NCBI RefSeq assembly: GCF_009834535.1
Contig: NC_045696.1
Location: 23,252,001 to 23,316,000 of the forward strand
Source of the DNA: Camelus ferus
Taxonomy: Eukaryota
DNA: 64,000 nt
Direction: 5' to 3'
Shown: piece after piece, positions 1-14,506 of the stretch
Position numbering within the stretch: position 1 is the stretch's first letter
How the letters are laid out: every line of letters begins with the position of its first letter
Program-made: the position numbers and the translations under genes
Notes under the pieces: model-generated
The model's database searches: none
Seen by the model: only the letters and a program-made list of their open reading frames with translations
What the model was told of the DNA's origin: nothing

Positions 1-1969
1 CCATAATCAACTAACTATATCTGATGAATCTATTATAGTTAGAATCACTTAAATTTTACATCTTATGACAAAGTCATCATATTTATTATCTGAAATAATT
101 TTTACTCTAAAATAAAACTTTAAAATGTTTTTCCAAAAAACTCAATAAATTAGCTTACTCTCTTTTGAATCACATAAAATAACAGTATTTCAAAACAATA
201 TTTAATATTCAAAATACATTGCAATGAAAATATATCAATGTTAACATTAGCTGTTAATTATAACTACCTATCTACAAAAAAGTACTTACTATAAGAGGCT
301 ATTACAGAAATTAAAGATTTTAAAATTTGAGAAAGCTGACATCAAGCAAAATTTCATTTTATTTTTAATATTGAGATATTTATTTCAACTTTTCCATACA
401 TAGTCTGATTTGACCCAGTTCCCATCTCTTAATTTGAAGTTATTATGGAAGACTTTGTCATGCTTATCTGTATATATTTATCACTGTAGTTATGGTCCAT
501 CTATCACTGACTAGCTGCATGAACTTGAGAATTCACTCAACCTTTCTGATACTTTATTTATATAATATAGACATTAGGTCAGATGCTCTCAAGAAAACTA
601 TCAGATATTTAAAACTATGATTTTATAGTTTCACATACAGAAGCCCATCCTTTTACAAAAGGAACCCACTCAAAATTTGGAAAACTAGAACTATTTTAAG
701 CTACTAACTGTCATATTTCTCAACCTTGAAGAGAAGAGCCCCTTTTAGAAGAAAAAAGTATTTGCAGACTGTCAGTGTGAACCTAAATTATTTTTTCACA
801 GTTTAAATATTAAAATTAAATATAAATTCCTAGGACTTATAACTTTTATGAAACTATGAAGTCAAGAGAAATGCATAAAATATAAACAAAGCTACAAAGA
901 AAAATTCATTTGCTCCCCTTGTAGAAAGTTGAATAATTTCTTTATTTCCCAAGATGCAGGCAAAGAATATCTTGATAGTTACTAAGTCAATTGAAAATAA
1001 TGTTTTCTTCATCAATGGTTGATAAATCAGTGCAACTACAGTACATTCAATCTAGTTTCCTTAACTATTAAAATAGTCAAAACAATCCAGCAAGTGTTCA
1101 AATACTGTGTTATTGACATTGTGTGTGGAATATACTACATATCACACTAGTAAGAGTTAACATACCTCGACACTTGGAAAGAAGTAACTAAGACCGAGCA
1201 ATTAGAATTTTAAAACCATAATTACAGAGATTTAACGTTTGAGTCAAGAATTTTAACTAAACAAAAATATAAGAAAAATCTGACTTGGCTGCTCTTATAT
1301 GACGAAGACAAGCAGAACAAAAACTATTTGAGACACGTTGTGTGAAGTAGCTGCTAAATTCATTCAACCTGATGTCAATCTCTCCATCTCAAACTGTCCA
1401 TGACATCCTCATGGCTCTCCTATTTCTAGCCAGTTCATCCCTACTCTTTGAGTTTAAGGATCAAATATCCAATTACATGCTTCAAGAAAGAAAACACTGA
1501 AAATTACATAATCATAAATATTTCAATATGGACATGAGGAAAACATCATAACATAGCCTTGGAGGTGAATTATCTGGTGATTTAGGTATATAATCATTTT
1601 GAATCAAATCAGAATAATGTAGTTGTATTATATAATAGTTATAGTCTCTTGAACTCTTACTCAGAATGCGAACAATTGTTTACTTTAGCCTCCACAGATT
1701 TGGAAGTAGTCAATTTCAGAGTTTTAAACAGTTATAATTAAAATACTGAATAAATCTCTGACACTTCAAGCCTCAATTTAGCATTCAGAAAGCACACTTA
1801 CACTAGGTCATTTCTAAGTCACATATGTAATTCCTATTTCTACAGTATTCCCCTAATAGGAAATGTCAAAGGCTTCTATAAGTTACCAAATTAAACATCT
1901 CTTCAGTCCGACCCACCCAGGAGATCACAAGCACCTGCTTATTACAAACATGAGTCTTCTCAAAATAAT

Positions 1970-2640
1970 GATCAACAAACACCATTTGAATATCCACCAT
2001 GTTCCAGGAAATGGTCTACATATGAAGAAGCCATAATACACAGTAATCAAATGTGACTGAATTCATGGGAGTGAGAAGAGGAAATGGCAAATAAATCGGG
2101 AAGGAATGAACCTGGTACCAAGTTGTGAAGAAAAGCAAAGGGCAAGCTGAGGAGTTTGGGCTTTTTCCTCTGAGCAATACAAAGTCATCAAGATTTTTGT
2201 ATGGATGACTATCATGATCTCATATAAGTTTTAGGAAGAACCCCAATGGCAGTGTGGTTGATGGACAAGAGAAGAGAAACACAGAAATAGTTAGGAGCTT
2301 GTAAAAAATCAAGGAGTAGATTTTGTGGTTTTAAAACAAAGGTAATAAATACAAAGATAAGAGAAGTATGGGACAAATGTAAGATGTGATCAGTAGGATT
2401 TTGATGAATGTTGGTTAAGGATAGGACAGAGTAAAGAATTTAGCATAAAATAAAAATTCAATGAAGATTATGTATTAAGAGCCTAGTAGGTTACTATCAA
2501 CCATCAACCAGGACAGGGAAATGGTAGGAGGTGCAGTTTAGAGATAAAAATAGAGCTCACTAAAGTTTTGGGTATCTTCAGGTTATCAAACTAAAGATAC
2601 ACTAATGCCAGTTGGAGAAAGTGAACCTTGGGGAGTTCAA
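1970..2640 (-). mobile_element. Degraded LINE-2 fragments
   Basis: L2-like 3' end in reverse (aacaaacaccatttgaatatccaccatgttccagg) followed by purine-rich L2-like body; recognised by eye. Confidence 0.5.
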
Positions 2641-3949
2641 GCAGAAGACAAACATCTCTTCAGCACAGAGGTTAAAAATTCTAGCTGTGCTAGAGAGACA
2701 GCATTATGTACACCTTATCATAGTGCCTAACATATAGTTGATTTTCAATAAATGTTTGATGAATGGCTAGATAAATGCTGAATATCAAATTCTGGCAGGA
2801 ATTTATCTTGACTTTCACAAGCTATAGTCATATTGTTAAAAAGAAAAGGGGAAGGGGGACAAGAGAACTCACCAAATGAGAAAGTCATTATACTATATAT
2901 TTAAGAGGTTAGTGTCATAGAAGGTCAAAAAGTACTGAGAAGAAAATCTGAGGGAGTAAACATCCAGAATGAAGGAAAAGTAGATGATGAGGGAACAGCT
3001 CTGGGAAACAATAAGAACACTAAACACCTCCTTCTGAGACAACAGGGTATTTCTAAAGGTCAGGTTCCTAAAAGATCTAATGCTGGATTTAAATAGATTC
3101 TTAATTCTTATCTCTGACCCTAGTGTCATCCCCACTGTAGTTGATCTTCCCCGTTCCTGAAAGACTCATCTTATTAATAAGTATAACTAACCAGATACCT
3201 ATTCCTAAATAAGTATCACCCACAAGCTTATATTTGGCACCTTAATGCCTAGAGTATAAATTCAAATGAGTCACTTGGGCTTTGTAAGAATTTGCCAACG
3301 CTAGCCCCATCACTAAATATAAGGACATGAAACTTGAACAATATGATTACTTAAGTTAAATCGATGGAACTATATGTGACTTAGTATATGATATGGATTA
3401 CATGTTGCTTTAAAACATTCTCAAAACATTTAAAATTTGATTATATTAAAGCCTTATTATAAACAACCCAAGATACACTTAGATACATTTTGATAGAAAT
3501 AAATCTCAGAATTTAAAAAATTGAATGAGAAATAGACTAGGTACTCAGCAGAATTAATAAATTAGTAAAGAGAAAATAAACCCACAGAGAATATTATAAA
3601 GATTTAAATGTGAATGTAACTTCCTTAACAGTACCAAAAAGATGGCAAGCAATAAAAAGTACTGTTGACCATTCTCACTTTGGAGTATTCTTTCAAATTC
3701 TCTTGTAAATAAAAAAATTAAACTAAAGTATGTAATAAAAGAATAAGCTTCCAGCTCTGTGGGGATAACATAAAATTAGCAAGTGACCTGGTCATTAGAG
3801 GAACCCCAAATCAACACCTCAACAAATTTAAATGATATTTGTATATCTCAAGATTTATAGAGCATCAACACAAATTTCTGATATTCTAATTTAGTTCACT
3901 AAGAATAAGATAGCTTCTTAACATGAAGAATACTAAAACTTTTTAACAT

Positions 3950-4290
3950 CATACTTAAATAACCATCATGAGAATCACTCCCAATAAAACTAGGGAAAAG
4001 AGAGTTGCTCACTGTTATTTAACATAGAACTGAGAGTTACAGTCAAGACAGTAAGTGGTGAATTAAAAATTTAAAAGTGTGTGTGATATTAAAAAAGATA
4101 AAATTGTCTAAATTCTTAGAATCCACAGATAATATGATTTTCTGCCTGAAACCACAAAAGAATCAACTGGAAAATAATTGCAATTAATAAAGAGCTAAAT
4201 TAATTCCATACGATCAGGATACCAAAAAAATGTACAAACTTGTACTATTTATCTGACTTTGCAAAAAACAATTAAAATATAATGGATAAT
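3950..4290 (+). mobile_element. Ancient LINE-1 (L1M) ORF2 RT-region remnant
   Basis: Degenerate match to the in-window L1 at 25400-25620 (ttatttaacatag... cagataatatgattttctgcctgaaaccacaaaagaatcaact); no open frame. Confidence 0.6.
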
Positions 4291-4309
4291 TCTTCAATAT
4301 CTAACACAG

Positions 4310-4485
4310 GCTAGATATTGCACTGTTCTAAGCACTTTACCTGTATTAACTTATTTAATCCTCAAGACAACTTCATCAACTTGGGATAGATTTTTAGCTC
4401 CATTTTTCTGATGAGGAAAGGAAGACCCAGAGAGAGTAAAGAATTTTCCCAAAGTCACGCAGAGAGCAAGTGATTCAAACTCAGG
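4310..4485 (-). mobile_element. MIR SINE
   Basis: cactgttctaagcactttacctgtattaacttatttaatcctca ... ccatttttctgatgaggaaa is the reverse complement of the MIR core and tail. Confidence 0.85.
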
Positions 4486-5478
4486 TTGCAGAGTCATCTG
4501 GGGGCAAACGGGGTGAACCTAAATTATGTACCATCACTCTTACTTTTCAAATTTCTGAAAAAATGTGCGTGTTCATATACTGAAGAAATGCACCTGTTTA
4601 TAAAGGGATAACCTGTTATGTTTAGGTGGTAAGAATAGGTTGTTTTGTTCTTATCTGTATTTATTTTCATTTAATATCTGTCCATTTGTAAATATAATAT
4701 GTGTAATGAGAAAATATAATAAATGCAATTTTAAAGCACTCTGCCTGGGTGATGAGGCCAGATGCATAACTATCTGTATTTTGGGCATCACACTTATATT
4801 CCACAGTGTTAAAGGACTAAGAGCCCATCGGGCTAACACCATGACTATCACAAACTTAAGCAACAAGTTTCAAGGGTGATGGTCCTCCATTCCTGCCAAG
4901 TGGTTATAAACAAGAATAATAATGACTTCACTTCTCCCATCTCAAAACTTGAGGAAATAAACTTAATGAAGATGATTCCAAAGTAAGTTTAGACCATTTT
5001 ACCCAGATGTCAAAATGTATGAGGTATAGAGTTCAATGTTATTTTAAAGTATAGATAATTATCCATCTACTCAAGCCCATAAATTATATTTTACAATTTT
5101 AATATAAATAAATATATTTTAAGTATAATACGAGAAAATAAACATAATTATCTGGAAAGAGAATTTTATACATATATTTCTAATTACAATCCTACCTATG
5201 TATATTTGCTTGTAGCAGATCTATTAATTTCCATACATGACTTTATTCTAGATTTTAGAGGAGAGTTATAAATAGTCCCCAAGTTTATATGCTATATATT
5301 TGCATGCTAGGATGATAATTTAAAAACAAAAGCAAGTTCTTCCACAGCTCTGCTTTAAAAAAAAAAGACTTAAAGTATGAGTAAAGAACAGTAATTCATG
5401 TTTTACATTTCAATACTCAGAAAATTGTACTAATTATTGATGGAAAAATAGGGTGATATAATAAGTAGTTTTACTTAC

Positions 5479-5539
5479 CATTTGGATAGAATGCTTGGAA
5501 CTTCATTTGGACAATTATCCCAGTAAAATTCCTTAAGAT
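5479..5539 (-). other. Candidate 61-nt internal exon of a minus-strand gene
   Basis: Minus strand: branch-like tactgat, tract cctcctcaaccactctcattttcag|ATCTTAAGG...CCAAATG|gtaagt (consensus donor). Two frames open (ILRNFTGIIVQMKFQAFYPN; LKEFYWDNCPNEVPSILSK), neither recognised. Confidence 0.7.
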
Positions 5540-6084
5540 CTGAAAATGAGAGTGGTTGAGGAGGATCAGTAACACATACTTTCTAAATTATTTTATAATA
5601 TATTAATTCCATATCATCTGAGACCATATCAGTTCCAGATTTCCACAAGGATACATTCAAGATGGGATTTTCGTTTAATATGAATATTGTATAAAGTCAG
5701 GAAGTATCATGCCCTTTTATTTATTCACATACCACCGTTCATGCACCTTAGTGTACTGCTCCAGTCTGTCTGCCCTCAATCTCAACCCTGACCTATAGGA
5801 ACCACACTGCAGATAAAAGAAATAATTCATTCTGACTCTGACTTGATACTTCCCTTAAAGTCAAGAGATTGCACCACTATGTTCTTATTTTTCAATGCAA
5901 ACTTTCTTTAGGGGAAAACTGTATTACGATGTTTTTGTGTGGTTAAGACAAAATCTGTATCATGAAATGTTTATGTCCATGTACCAGCTGAACTAGTGAA
6001 TAAGTTTGGCAGTTGTATCACTTGTAGAAAAATTTATTTCAAGGTAGGAATTACAAGCTTATTCAGATATATACTTTAATTGCC

Positions 6085-6230
6085 AAGTACTGTTATAAAA
6101 CTAGATAACTACTCATCAATCAAAAAAATTCTTATTTTTAAAAGATGAGGAAATTGAGACTCAGTGAAGGAGAAATAGCTTAGCTAAGATCTTAGTTTAG
6201 AGGTAGTACTAATGACCAAATGCTAAGTCT
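6085..6230 (-). mobile_element. MIR SINE fragment
   Basis: Core motif ttttaaaagatgaggaaattgagactcagtgaagg. Confidence 0.6.
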
Positions 6231-8239
6231 CAAGTCTTTAGCTATCCTTTTCTATGGTATTGTTTTAAAACATTTATTAAGGCTCTGATATACCATGCAC
6301 TGAATTGGGCACTGGGTAATGATTAAGACAGATAAAGGACCTGCCTTCATAAAATTTAATTCTAATGACCTTGATTCACTAAAGTATTGAATATATATTT
6401 CTATCCAATTAAATGATATTAGAATGCAAATACAGCTAAGATACTAGTATTTTAGAATGCTGCTCTATTATGAGCCAAGGCTGGTTTCCAATAAATTTTT
6501 TTTAACCCGTCAAATACTTAGCTAAACATATGAATACCTTTGACATGTAGATAGGTATTTAGTAGATAGGATTTTAATAAATCCTTCAAAAATTGAAATG
6601 CATATTTTTCCACTGAATATTTTAGAAGGAAACTTTTATTTGCTGACTGATCTGAATATCTCAACTTTCAGACTCAGTCTGAAGCTTAAAAACATCCTGT
6701 AGAGATTAAAAGTTCCACATGTGCAAATGAGTAAATAGATTCCACATGCAAGAGCAAAATAAAGGCCTTGAGATCTGTTCTGGAAATAATTTCTTAACTA
6801 CTGTTTCATATTTAGCAATGAGTTCAGTGTTCTGCTTATAGCAGGCATTTGCAAAATAGGATGTCATAGTTTAAACATAAAAGATAGAATTTCTAGACTA
6901 CTAAACCACCTTTCTCACACCTTCATTTTCATGCCTCTTACCAATAAAGATATAAGTAACTACTTTCCTGTTTAGCTGCATTATCTTAATGGCTTTGGAA
7001 ATACAGACGAGCCCAAAATAACTACTAAACATGAGCCCAAGTTCTGCCTAAATTAAAACAACTAACAGAGAAATATGCAGAACCAAGTGTAAAATGATTA
7101 TTGGTTAGGTTCCCTGGAGATGGACAGTCCAAAGTCTGTGAATGTAGCTCCTGTCTCAGATCACTGAGGAATGCTTCTGTTTTACCAGTTAACTTCCAGA
7201 TTCCCCATAAACTCCCTTCATATGACATTTAATATACTGAATAGTGAATCACGTCACTAAAAAAAAAAACTTAGAGAATAGACCCACAAGGGGTCTCCCA
7301 CATCTTCACAGCTAAGCTAAGAAGTGTTTCTTTCATTCTCATACACTTAGGACATAAGGAGCATTTTATGGAAGGTATTACAAAAATAAAATTCTAATAC
7401 ATAAAATACTATAATAATACTATAATAATGTATCTATATATTCACTAGAAATGTCTGACCTTGAATCTACCACTTCTACTGACCAGCTCCATCATTTAAG
7501 GATATTATCTTTCAGAATTATGACATTCAGAAGTCATAATCAGCTGCACGACCAAGGTCTGTAACCATCATCTTTGACCAATTTCATCCTATCTTCCTTA
7601 GAGTAAATTTCTTCCAGTAGATGAGATCTCTATAGATTTTTCTGAACTGCTCTGCACTTCTAGAATTAAATTTAGCGACTTCCTAAGGAAGACCTCAGAG
7701 CTAACTGTCGTATGCTATGCTTTTATTCCTAATAACTGCCATTTTATATATATCTTGGTTGTGAAACTTGAATTCTTTTTTAAATATCAAATATCAGAGT
7801 GTCCCTCTTTTGTTCTATTTCTCTCTCTACTTAAAAATGTCACTCTTATTTATATCCCTGAAACAAATGGTGCATGCATTGATATTATCTGTCATCTGGT
7901 TAGAAAAAAATGTTAAAGATTATCTTCTCTAAGTATTATTTTGCTTATGACTGGCAATCAGAGGAGCCAGTAAAATGCAAGTGATAGAAACAATGTTTCA
8001 TTCCCATTCATTCAAGCAAGACATTAACTAGGGGCCAAGTGTTTATGACAGAAATAAGCCACATTGATGCTGACTCTATTTGCCACAACGCTATCAACTA
8101 CTATATGTTTGAAATAAGATGACCAATTTCTTTTAATAATGTTTTTGCTACATAGAGTTAAGGGAAGGAAAAGGGACCACTAAAAGGGAAAAACGCCTAA
8201 TAACAATGATGGCGATCATCATTTACCCATGCCCATTGT

Positions 8240-8640
8240 ACGTTATGAAGAGTTTAAACTGGAGAATAACATGACTTGATTAACCTTTTTATGACATTAC
8301 TCTGGCTGCAAAGTTGAGAACAGATGTAGAAGTAGGGGTGGGATGGCTCTAGATAACGCAGGAAGAAAAGTTAGAAGACTGCCTATAGTACAAGCATAAC
8401 ATACTGATGCTTTCAGTTAGAAAGCAGTAATGGAAATGGACAGGAGCAGATGCAGCAGATACGTCTGGAGAATGAACTGTGAAGAGAATTGAGGATGACT
8501 CAAGGTTTTGGCTTGAGCAAGGAGGTACTGTAGTTTTTTGTTTTTTTTTTTTTAACAGGTTTAGGAAGAGACAGACATACTTATACACGGTGGAGCAGAA
8601 GGAGAATGGGAGGGAAGACTACCACTACTTTGACCATTTT
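8240..8640 (-). mobile_element. LINE-2 fragment
   Basis: L2-like motifs (gacattactctggctgc; gaggatgactcaaggttttggcttgagcaa). Confidence 0.6.
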
Positions 8641-8799
8641 GACTACGTAGGTTTAAAAATACTTGTTATATGTCATGGTATACAAAATGTTCTGTCAAAT
8701 ACCATAACTTCTACTTTATCGACCACAGTTCCCTTCATAATAAGGACAATAGACAGCCTACCATTTCTGCTCTATCATGTTAAGGTGCGTCTTGAGTAA

Positions 8800-10232
8800 T
8801 TCCCACATCTTCTGTATTCTCAACTTCTTGCTCTACCAGCTCCTTCCTCACAAATCATTAAAAATGCTCATGTTTCCCTTATTTTGACAATTAATACATC
8901 TCTCTACCTTGTGAATCCCTCTAGTTAGCGTCCTCCCCTCTATTTCACAGTTAAGCTCCTCAAAAAGGACACGAACTTGTTCATTTGAACTCCTCCATTT
9001 ATTTTTAATTCTACTATGCTACTAAGTGGGTGTTTCCACTTCCTCTGCATTACTCAAACTGGCCTCACAGAGGTCCCCAAGAAACTCCTAATTGTGACAC
9101 CTTATGGGTTATTTTGGCAAGCACTTTTACTGGCTCCTCCTCCTCTTAAATGTGACATTTCTGCACATTGCTGTTCCTAATGTTTTTCTTTCTCCTCTCA
9201 ACATTTCATCATAAGTAATATTAAAACTCAATTTATTAAATGCTAATGATCAGCAAATCTGTATCTCTAATCCACTCTTGTATTCTGACCTGTAGGCTCA
9301 CATTCAGCTGGTTACTTGGCATCTCTACCTGGGAGTCCCATATACACTTTAAACAAAGCATGGTTAAATAGAGTTCCTTACCTTCCCTCCCAAACCTCCC
9401 ATCCTATTCCTGTCGGTGGGTAGCATTCCTACTACTCATTGGTTCATGACTTGCCTGAGAGTCAGCCATTATTACTGCATTTTCCACATCTTCCAAATTT
9501 TATCACTGACCCAGTCTTGTCAATACTACTTCCCTAGCATACCCTGCATCACCTCATCTCCATACCCAATACACTCTGGCCTTATTTCATGCCTCAATAT
9601 ACCTGAATGAATAACTTTAATTCCTCTTACTGTGCTTCCCCTCTTCATCTTTTGTATTATCTCCAAAAGTTTCTTTCTAAATTATACAGCTCAATTGTTT
9701 TCCTGCGGAAAAGTCTTTAGAAGGTCTTCACTGCTCAAAGGAAAAAGTCTATGGACTTTTTCATGGCTTCTGATCTTTCTGAGATCTGACCCCTGCTTTA
9801 TCTCCTTATCTTCAGTCTTACCTCTCACCAAACCCTATCTGCATACTGTAGCAGTAGCATATACCAGACCTGTTGTTTGATGCTTTGCTTTTTTTTTCCC
9901 TCCTTTCAAACTGTGTCATATCAGAAATGTGGGCCCATCTCTACCCATGAGTATTCTTCTCTCTGTCTATCCAGATCCTGCTTCCCTACTTAAATGAGTA
10001 TTCCTTGACTGTCCCGGTAGAAGGGGCTCTTCTTGGTTATTTTACTCCTGTTTGTACTAAGTTCTCACGTAGCAACTCTAATATTTTATGAAACTCATTG
10101 ATTTTATACCTTTCACTTCACTCTACTGGTCTTGTCTTGATAACTCTACTAACATGACTGGTATTCAATAAATGATTGATGCTATTCAAGAATGAATAAA
10201 GAAGAACAATGAATTAATTACTGAATGAATGA
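8800..10232 (+). mobile_element. LINE-2 3' portion
   Basis: Pyrimidine-rich L2 body (tacttggcatctctacctggg...ccttccctcccaaacc) ending in L2 tail attcaataaatgattg...tgaatgaatga. Confidence 0.7.
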
Positions 10233-12137
10233 CTTCACCCAAACCCCACCAAAGCCCCCTGAACATTTCTAAATGATTGTTAAAACTCCTCATGATTTAT
10301 TTTCTAATCTCATTTTAAGGTAGAGCTCACTGAAAATAATATACCTATATTACATAAACACTCTAGCATGAAAAGAACAACGTGTCAACACAGGACAAAT
10401 CTATTAGGTCAACTATTGACAGACATAAATCATTTCATGGACTTTGGCTATAATTAAACTTGAGAAAACAACTCCAAGTTAAACTTTGAACTTTAGAGTT
10501 TAGGGAGAAAGAAAGCAACTGAAATAAACTGCATATTCAGCTTAAGTTCAATTAGTGCTATTTCTAGAGACAGCTTAAAATACTATTAGCTGTCTTGTTT
10601 CTATTGCCAAAACTAACCATAGCAAAGCATGTGAATTGCTTCAGGTCTTCAGCAAATAGTCATATTTAAAAACATTTGTAATGTTATTCATGTGGTTGAG
10701 TCAGAACTACACTTATCCAGTGGTACAGATGGAAATGATTTGTTCTGGAAACGGAGATAGCTTTATTATTTTACCATTTTTACCTATAAAAATAAGTTCA
10801 CATGTTAGTACATATGAAGAGTTTCAGACCATAAAATACACCTAGACATATTTGAATCTGAATGCTATTATATTACAGCTCTGAAATTTAGAATTGATGC
10901 TTTCACACTGTTCACTTTGTACCTCTATATTTAATTACATTTGAGTCTCTATTTTAATTTTTGTAATACATACAGTGTATACACTCATTTTAATTGTAAA
11001 AGAGTCACACAATACACAAATATTTGATATAAAAAAGTTTCCATTCTTCCCCTTCTTTACATTTATTCCTTTCCCCAGAGGTAAGTATTTAGGGTATATC
11101 ATTCAAGTTATTATGTTACACAATTACATATGTGGTTTTTAACACATATGATTAATTATATATATTGTTCTATGTCCTGCATTTTCTCTTAATATTGAGA
11201 CTTAAAGACATTGTTGGTAAAAGTATAAACTGTCAAGAAAATTGTTGAAGGGCAATTTTAAAATTCAGCTTTTAACTAGTAAGTCCACTTCTGCAAAAGA
11301 AGGCATGAACAGTAGTACTACTTACAAGGCTGTTAGAAATAATAAAGTAGCAGAACCAATATAAGCATCTAACAATATGAGACTGTTTTAGTATATTATG
11401 GTATGTCCAAACTATGTCCATGCTATTATCAGATTGCTATTTAACACAATGAAACAAATCTAAATGCAGTAAATGTAAGTACTTATATAAGTTATTTATT
11501 TTGTTCTGGAAATATTAAGCAAGCTTTATTTCTAAGCAATATTACCCAAGAATAAGTTTAGAGAAAGAATATCAGTAATTCTAAGAACTGTGAGTACTTC
11601 AGTGTCAGAGAAAAAACTCATAAAGAAATAAGAATTTCTGGTAGATTTCAGATTGAAAAGGATCAGATTTAGTTTTCTTTAGAAGTCTCTCTCTCTTGGG
11701 GTGTGGTTACAAAGATCAATGGACTTGGAAAACTGACTTTGAGAAGGCATTTAATCTTTCTCAGACTGTTTCACAATCTCTAAATTGGAATAATGAATGA
11801 TAACTAAGCACAAAAACATCTAGCATAAAGAGCTACTTGTTAAATGTGTTTAAAACTATAATGAAAATTCCTCCTCCAACAATTCTTTGATGAACCCAAC
11901 TAAATTTTGATCATCTGAGTTCTTTAATACCCACTAACTTAATTTATACAGTAAGTCAGAACAATTGGTTAATAGAACTAATTGGTTAATAGAATTGGTT
12001 TTTGCTTAAGAATGATGATTTATTAAATAAAACTATATTTTAACTATAGCACTGGTAAAAAAATACTCTCTTTTTAAGTAACATTAATTTCATTTTAATT
12101 AACTATTCAGCACTAATATATTTTAAAAGGTAAAACA

Positions 12138-12776
12138 TATTTACAGTAGCCAAGACCAAAATGTCTATCAACAAATGACTGGATAAAGAAGATGTGGTGT
12201 ACACACAACACACACACACACACAGGAATATTACTTGGCCATAAAAAAGAATGCAATAATACCATTTGCAGCAACATGGATGGACCTAGAGATTATTAAA
12301 TTGAGTAAAGTAAGTCAGACAGAAAGACAAATATATGCTATCATTTATACGTGGAATCTTAAAAATGATGCAAATTCTATTTACAAACCAAAAATAGACT
12401 CAAGGACATAGAAAACAAACTATGGTTATCAAAGGGGAAAGGACAGGGAGGGATAAATTAGGGGTTGGGGATTAACAGACACACATTACTGTATATAAAA
12501 TAGATAAACAACAAAGACATACTGTATAACACAGGAAACTATATTTAGTTTCTTGTATAGCATATAATGGAAAAGAATCTGAAAAGAAAAAATATATATG
12601 TATATATGTGTGTGTGTGTATATATATGTATGTATGTGTATATATATATATTATATATATTCAATTATATATATATATATAATTGAATCACTTTGCTGTA
12701 CACCTGAAACTAACATTGTAAATCAACTATACTTCAATAAAAAAAAATTTTTTTTAAAGAAAGAGTATAGAGGAAA
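12138..12776 (+). mobile_element. 5'-truncated LINE-1 (ORF2 end + 3'UTR + A tail)
   Basis: Clearly similar to in-window L1 26968-27510; aataaa and A-run at ~12737; candidate TSD aaaaggtaaaa at 12125-12135 and 12777-12787. Confidence 0.92.
12592..12682. repeat. Compound (TA)n/(TG)n microsatellite inside the L1 3'UTR
   Basis: Directly visible dinucleotide repeats. Confidence 0.9.
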
Positions 12777-13136
12777 AAAAGGTAAAAAATTTACTTCAAA
12801 ATGAAAGTTAAATCTTAATCGATGATATAAAAACTTACTGAAAAGACTAATAGTTCTTCATTTCTGATAATAGTTTGCAATTTGCCATTCGCTCGTATCT
12901 CACTTTCTATTTTTATATTTATTGCCTAATACAAAATAAAATACTTGTTAAGATATGGGTTTTCTTTTCCTTTTTATCATTTTACTACCAAATCCTATTC
13001 ATGGAATGTGCTAAATAAATGTGAAATGTGGGAAACAAATATTGGTGTTATACCTACATTACTGTTACTTCTGACAGGGAATAAAATGGTGAAGGTCATT
13101 AAAGTTAAGAAAGTTCAGTGACCAAATTCACGTTAC

Positions 13137-13271
13137 CATTTTGTTCTCCCACTTTCTTCCAGGCACATCTTAAGGATATAGTTTCCATAGGGGTGCAAGA
13201 GGGGCTAGATGGAAAAGAAGACAGAACCAGAGTCCTGATGGTTTGCTAATTGGCAGGTTCATGTTTGTCTT
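13137..13271 (-). other. Weak candidate exon (135 nt), non-coding
   Basis: ctttccttctgttatttaatag|AAGAC...AAAATG|gtaacg; stops in all three frames. Confidence 0.3.
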
Positions 13272-13844
13272 CTATTAAATAACAGAAGGAAAGAAAGGCC
13301 TATTAATATAATATCAGGGCCTTATTAGTCACCTAAATATCTAAGCCAGTCCTTATGTACAAAAAGTAAGGGCAAGGAACTGATTGAAGACTGAACTATA
13401 GTACCCGCAACTTGCTGTATCTGCAAGATGGGCCCATGTGCCAGGTTATTCAAATGCAACTAATAAAATAAAGGCAGAAATGCTAGATATGAAACAAAAG
13501 AATGAAATAGAAAAAAAAACTTCTCTAAATCTTCAAAAAAGAGCTTAGGAAAAAAGAATTGAGAAATATTTTTAGAAGTGTGATATAAATATTTAAAAAC
13601 ATTCACCTCTCAGACAGAGTGTTAGAGAAGAGATAGCTAAATAATTCACTTAAAGGAGATAAAAAGAGGAAACAATTATTCTGTAATTAAAGATAAATTC
13701 CCAATTATAAATAAAAGATAGTTCCAAATGTAGTACTTTACTCAAAATATCATTTAATCTATTTCATATTCTCTCCTTCAAGAGAGTTCTTGTGAATTAT
13801 TTTTCAAAATCAGATTCAATTAACATTCTTAAGATGGCGGTTCA

Positions 13845-14035
13845 CATAAATTACCTCATTTAATTCTCTCAACAGCCCACCAGCGTAAGGATTATTAGAC
13901 TCATTTTACTGATGATAAATCAAGGCTCAGAGAGGTTAACAAACTTGCTTAGAGATAGCATGCCACAACCTTCAGAGCTGGAATTTGAATTCCCACTTAT
14001 TTCACTCTAGATTTAACTCTCTTCTTACCACATCA
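13845..14035 (-). mobile_element. MIR SINE
   Basis: ctcatttaattctctcaacagccc...cattttactgatgataaatcaaggctcagagaggttaa...gagctggaatttgaa. Confidence 0.85.
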
Positions 14036-14379
14036 CAGTTACTTTAAAATCCTTATTTAAAAACACCTTTAGAATGAACATGAATACTTTGCACTCATAG
14101 TTTTAGTTGGCTTTTATGAATCAACAGAAATATTCCCATTAGATATTTTAAGATAGCTTTTATAAAACAGGTAATGACTACCACTTAATAAACCTAGTAG
14201 TATAAAGTTTCCAGATATATCCCATTCTTCCCATGTAATAGGAAGCAGAAGGAGGCTCTAAAATGAATGCTGTATTATTTTGTTGTTGTTCTTGGGTTGC
14301 TCTGTTTAAAGAGAAATTCTCTGTAATTAAATGGCAATCAGGCACTTAAAAGACAGGCTGATCTCAGTACTGTATTTAC

Positions 14380-14506
14380 GTAAAGCAGACAAAGATTGCA
14401 TTTTCCATTTTGTGGTCTGGACACCTGGTGCACAAGCTCCAGCAAGATGGTCAGCATAATTGAAACCATCCTTCATGTGCTTGTGACATAAACAAGACTC
14501 TGCATT
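14380..14506 (-). other. Weak candidate exon (127 nt)
   Basis: tagttttcag|AATGCAG...TTTAC|gtaaat; one open frame (NAESCLCHKHMKDGFNYADHLAGACAPGVQTTKWKMQSLSAL), not recognised; donor is weak. Confidence 0.25.

Noticed and set aside
2872..3000. Possible minus-strand exon (tttcccag|...TTG|gtgagt)
   Set aside because: Lies in degraded repeat-like pyrimidine-rich sequence with several competing AGs; likely cryptic.
11960..12000. Short tandem duplication of aattggttaatagaa
   Set aside because: Ordinary replication-slippage duplication with no further structure.
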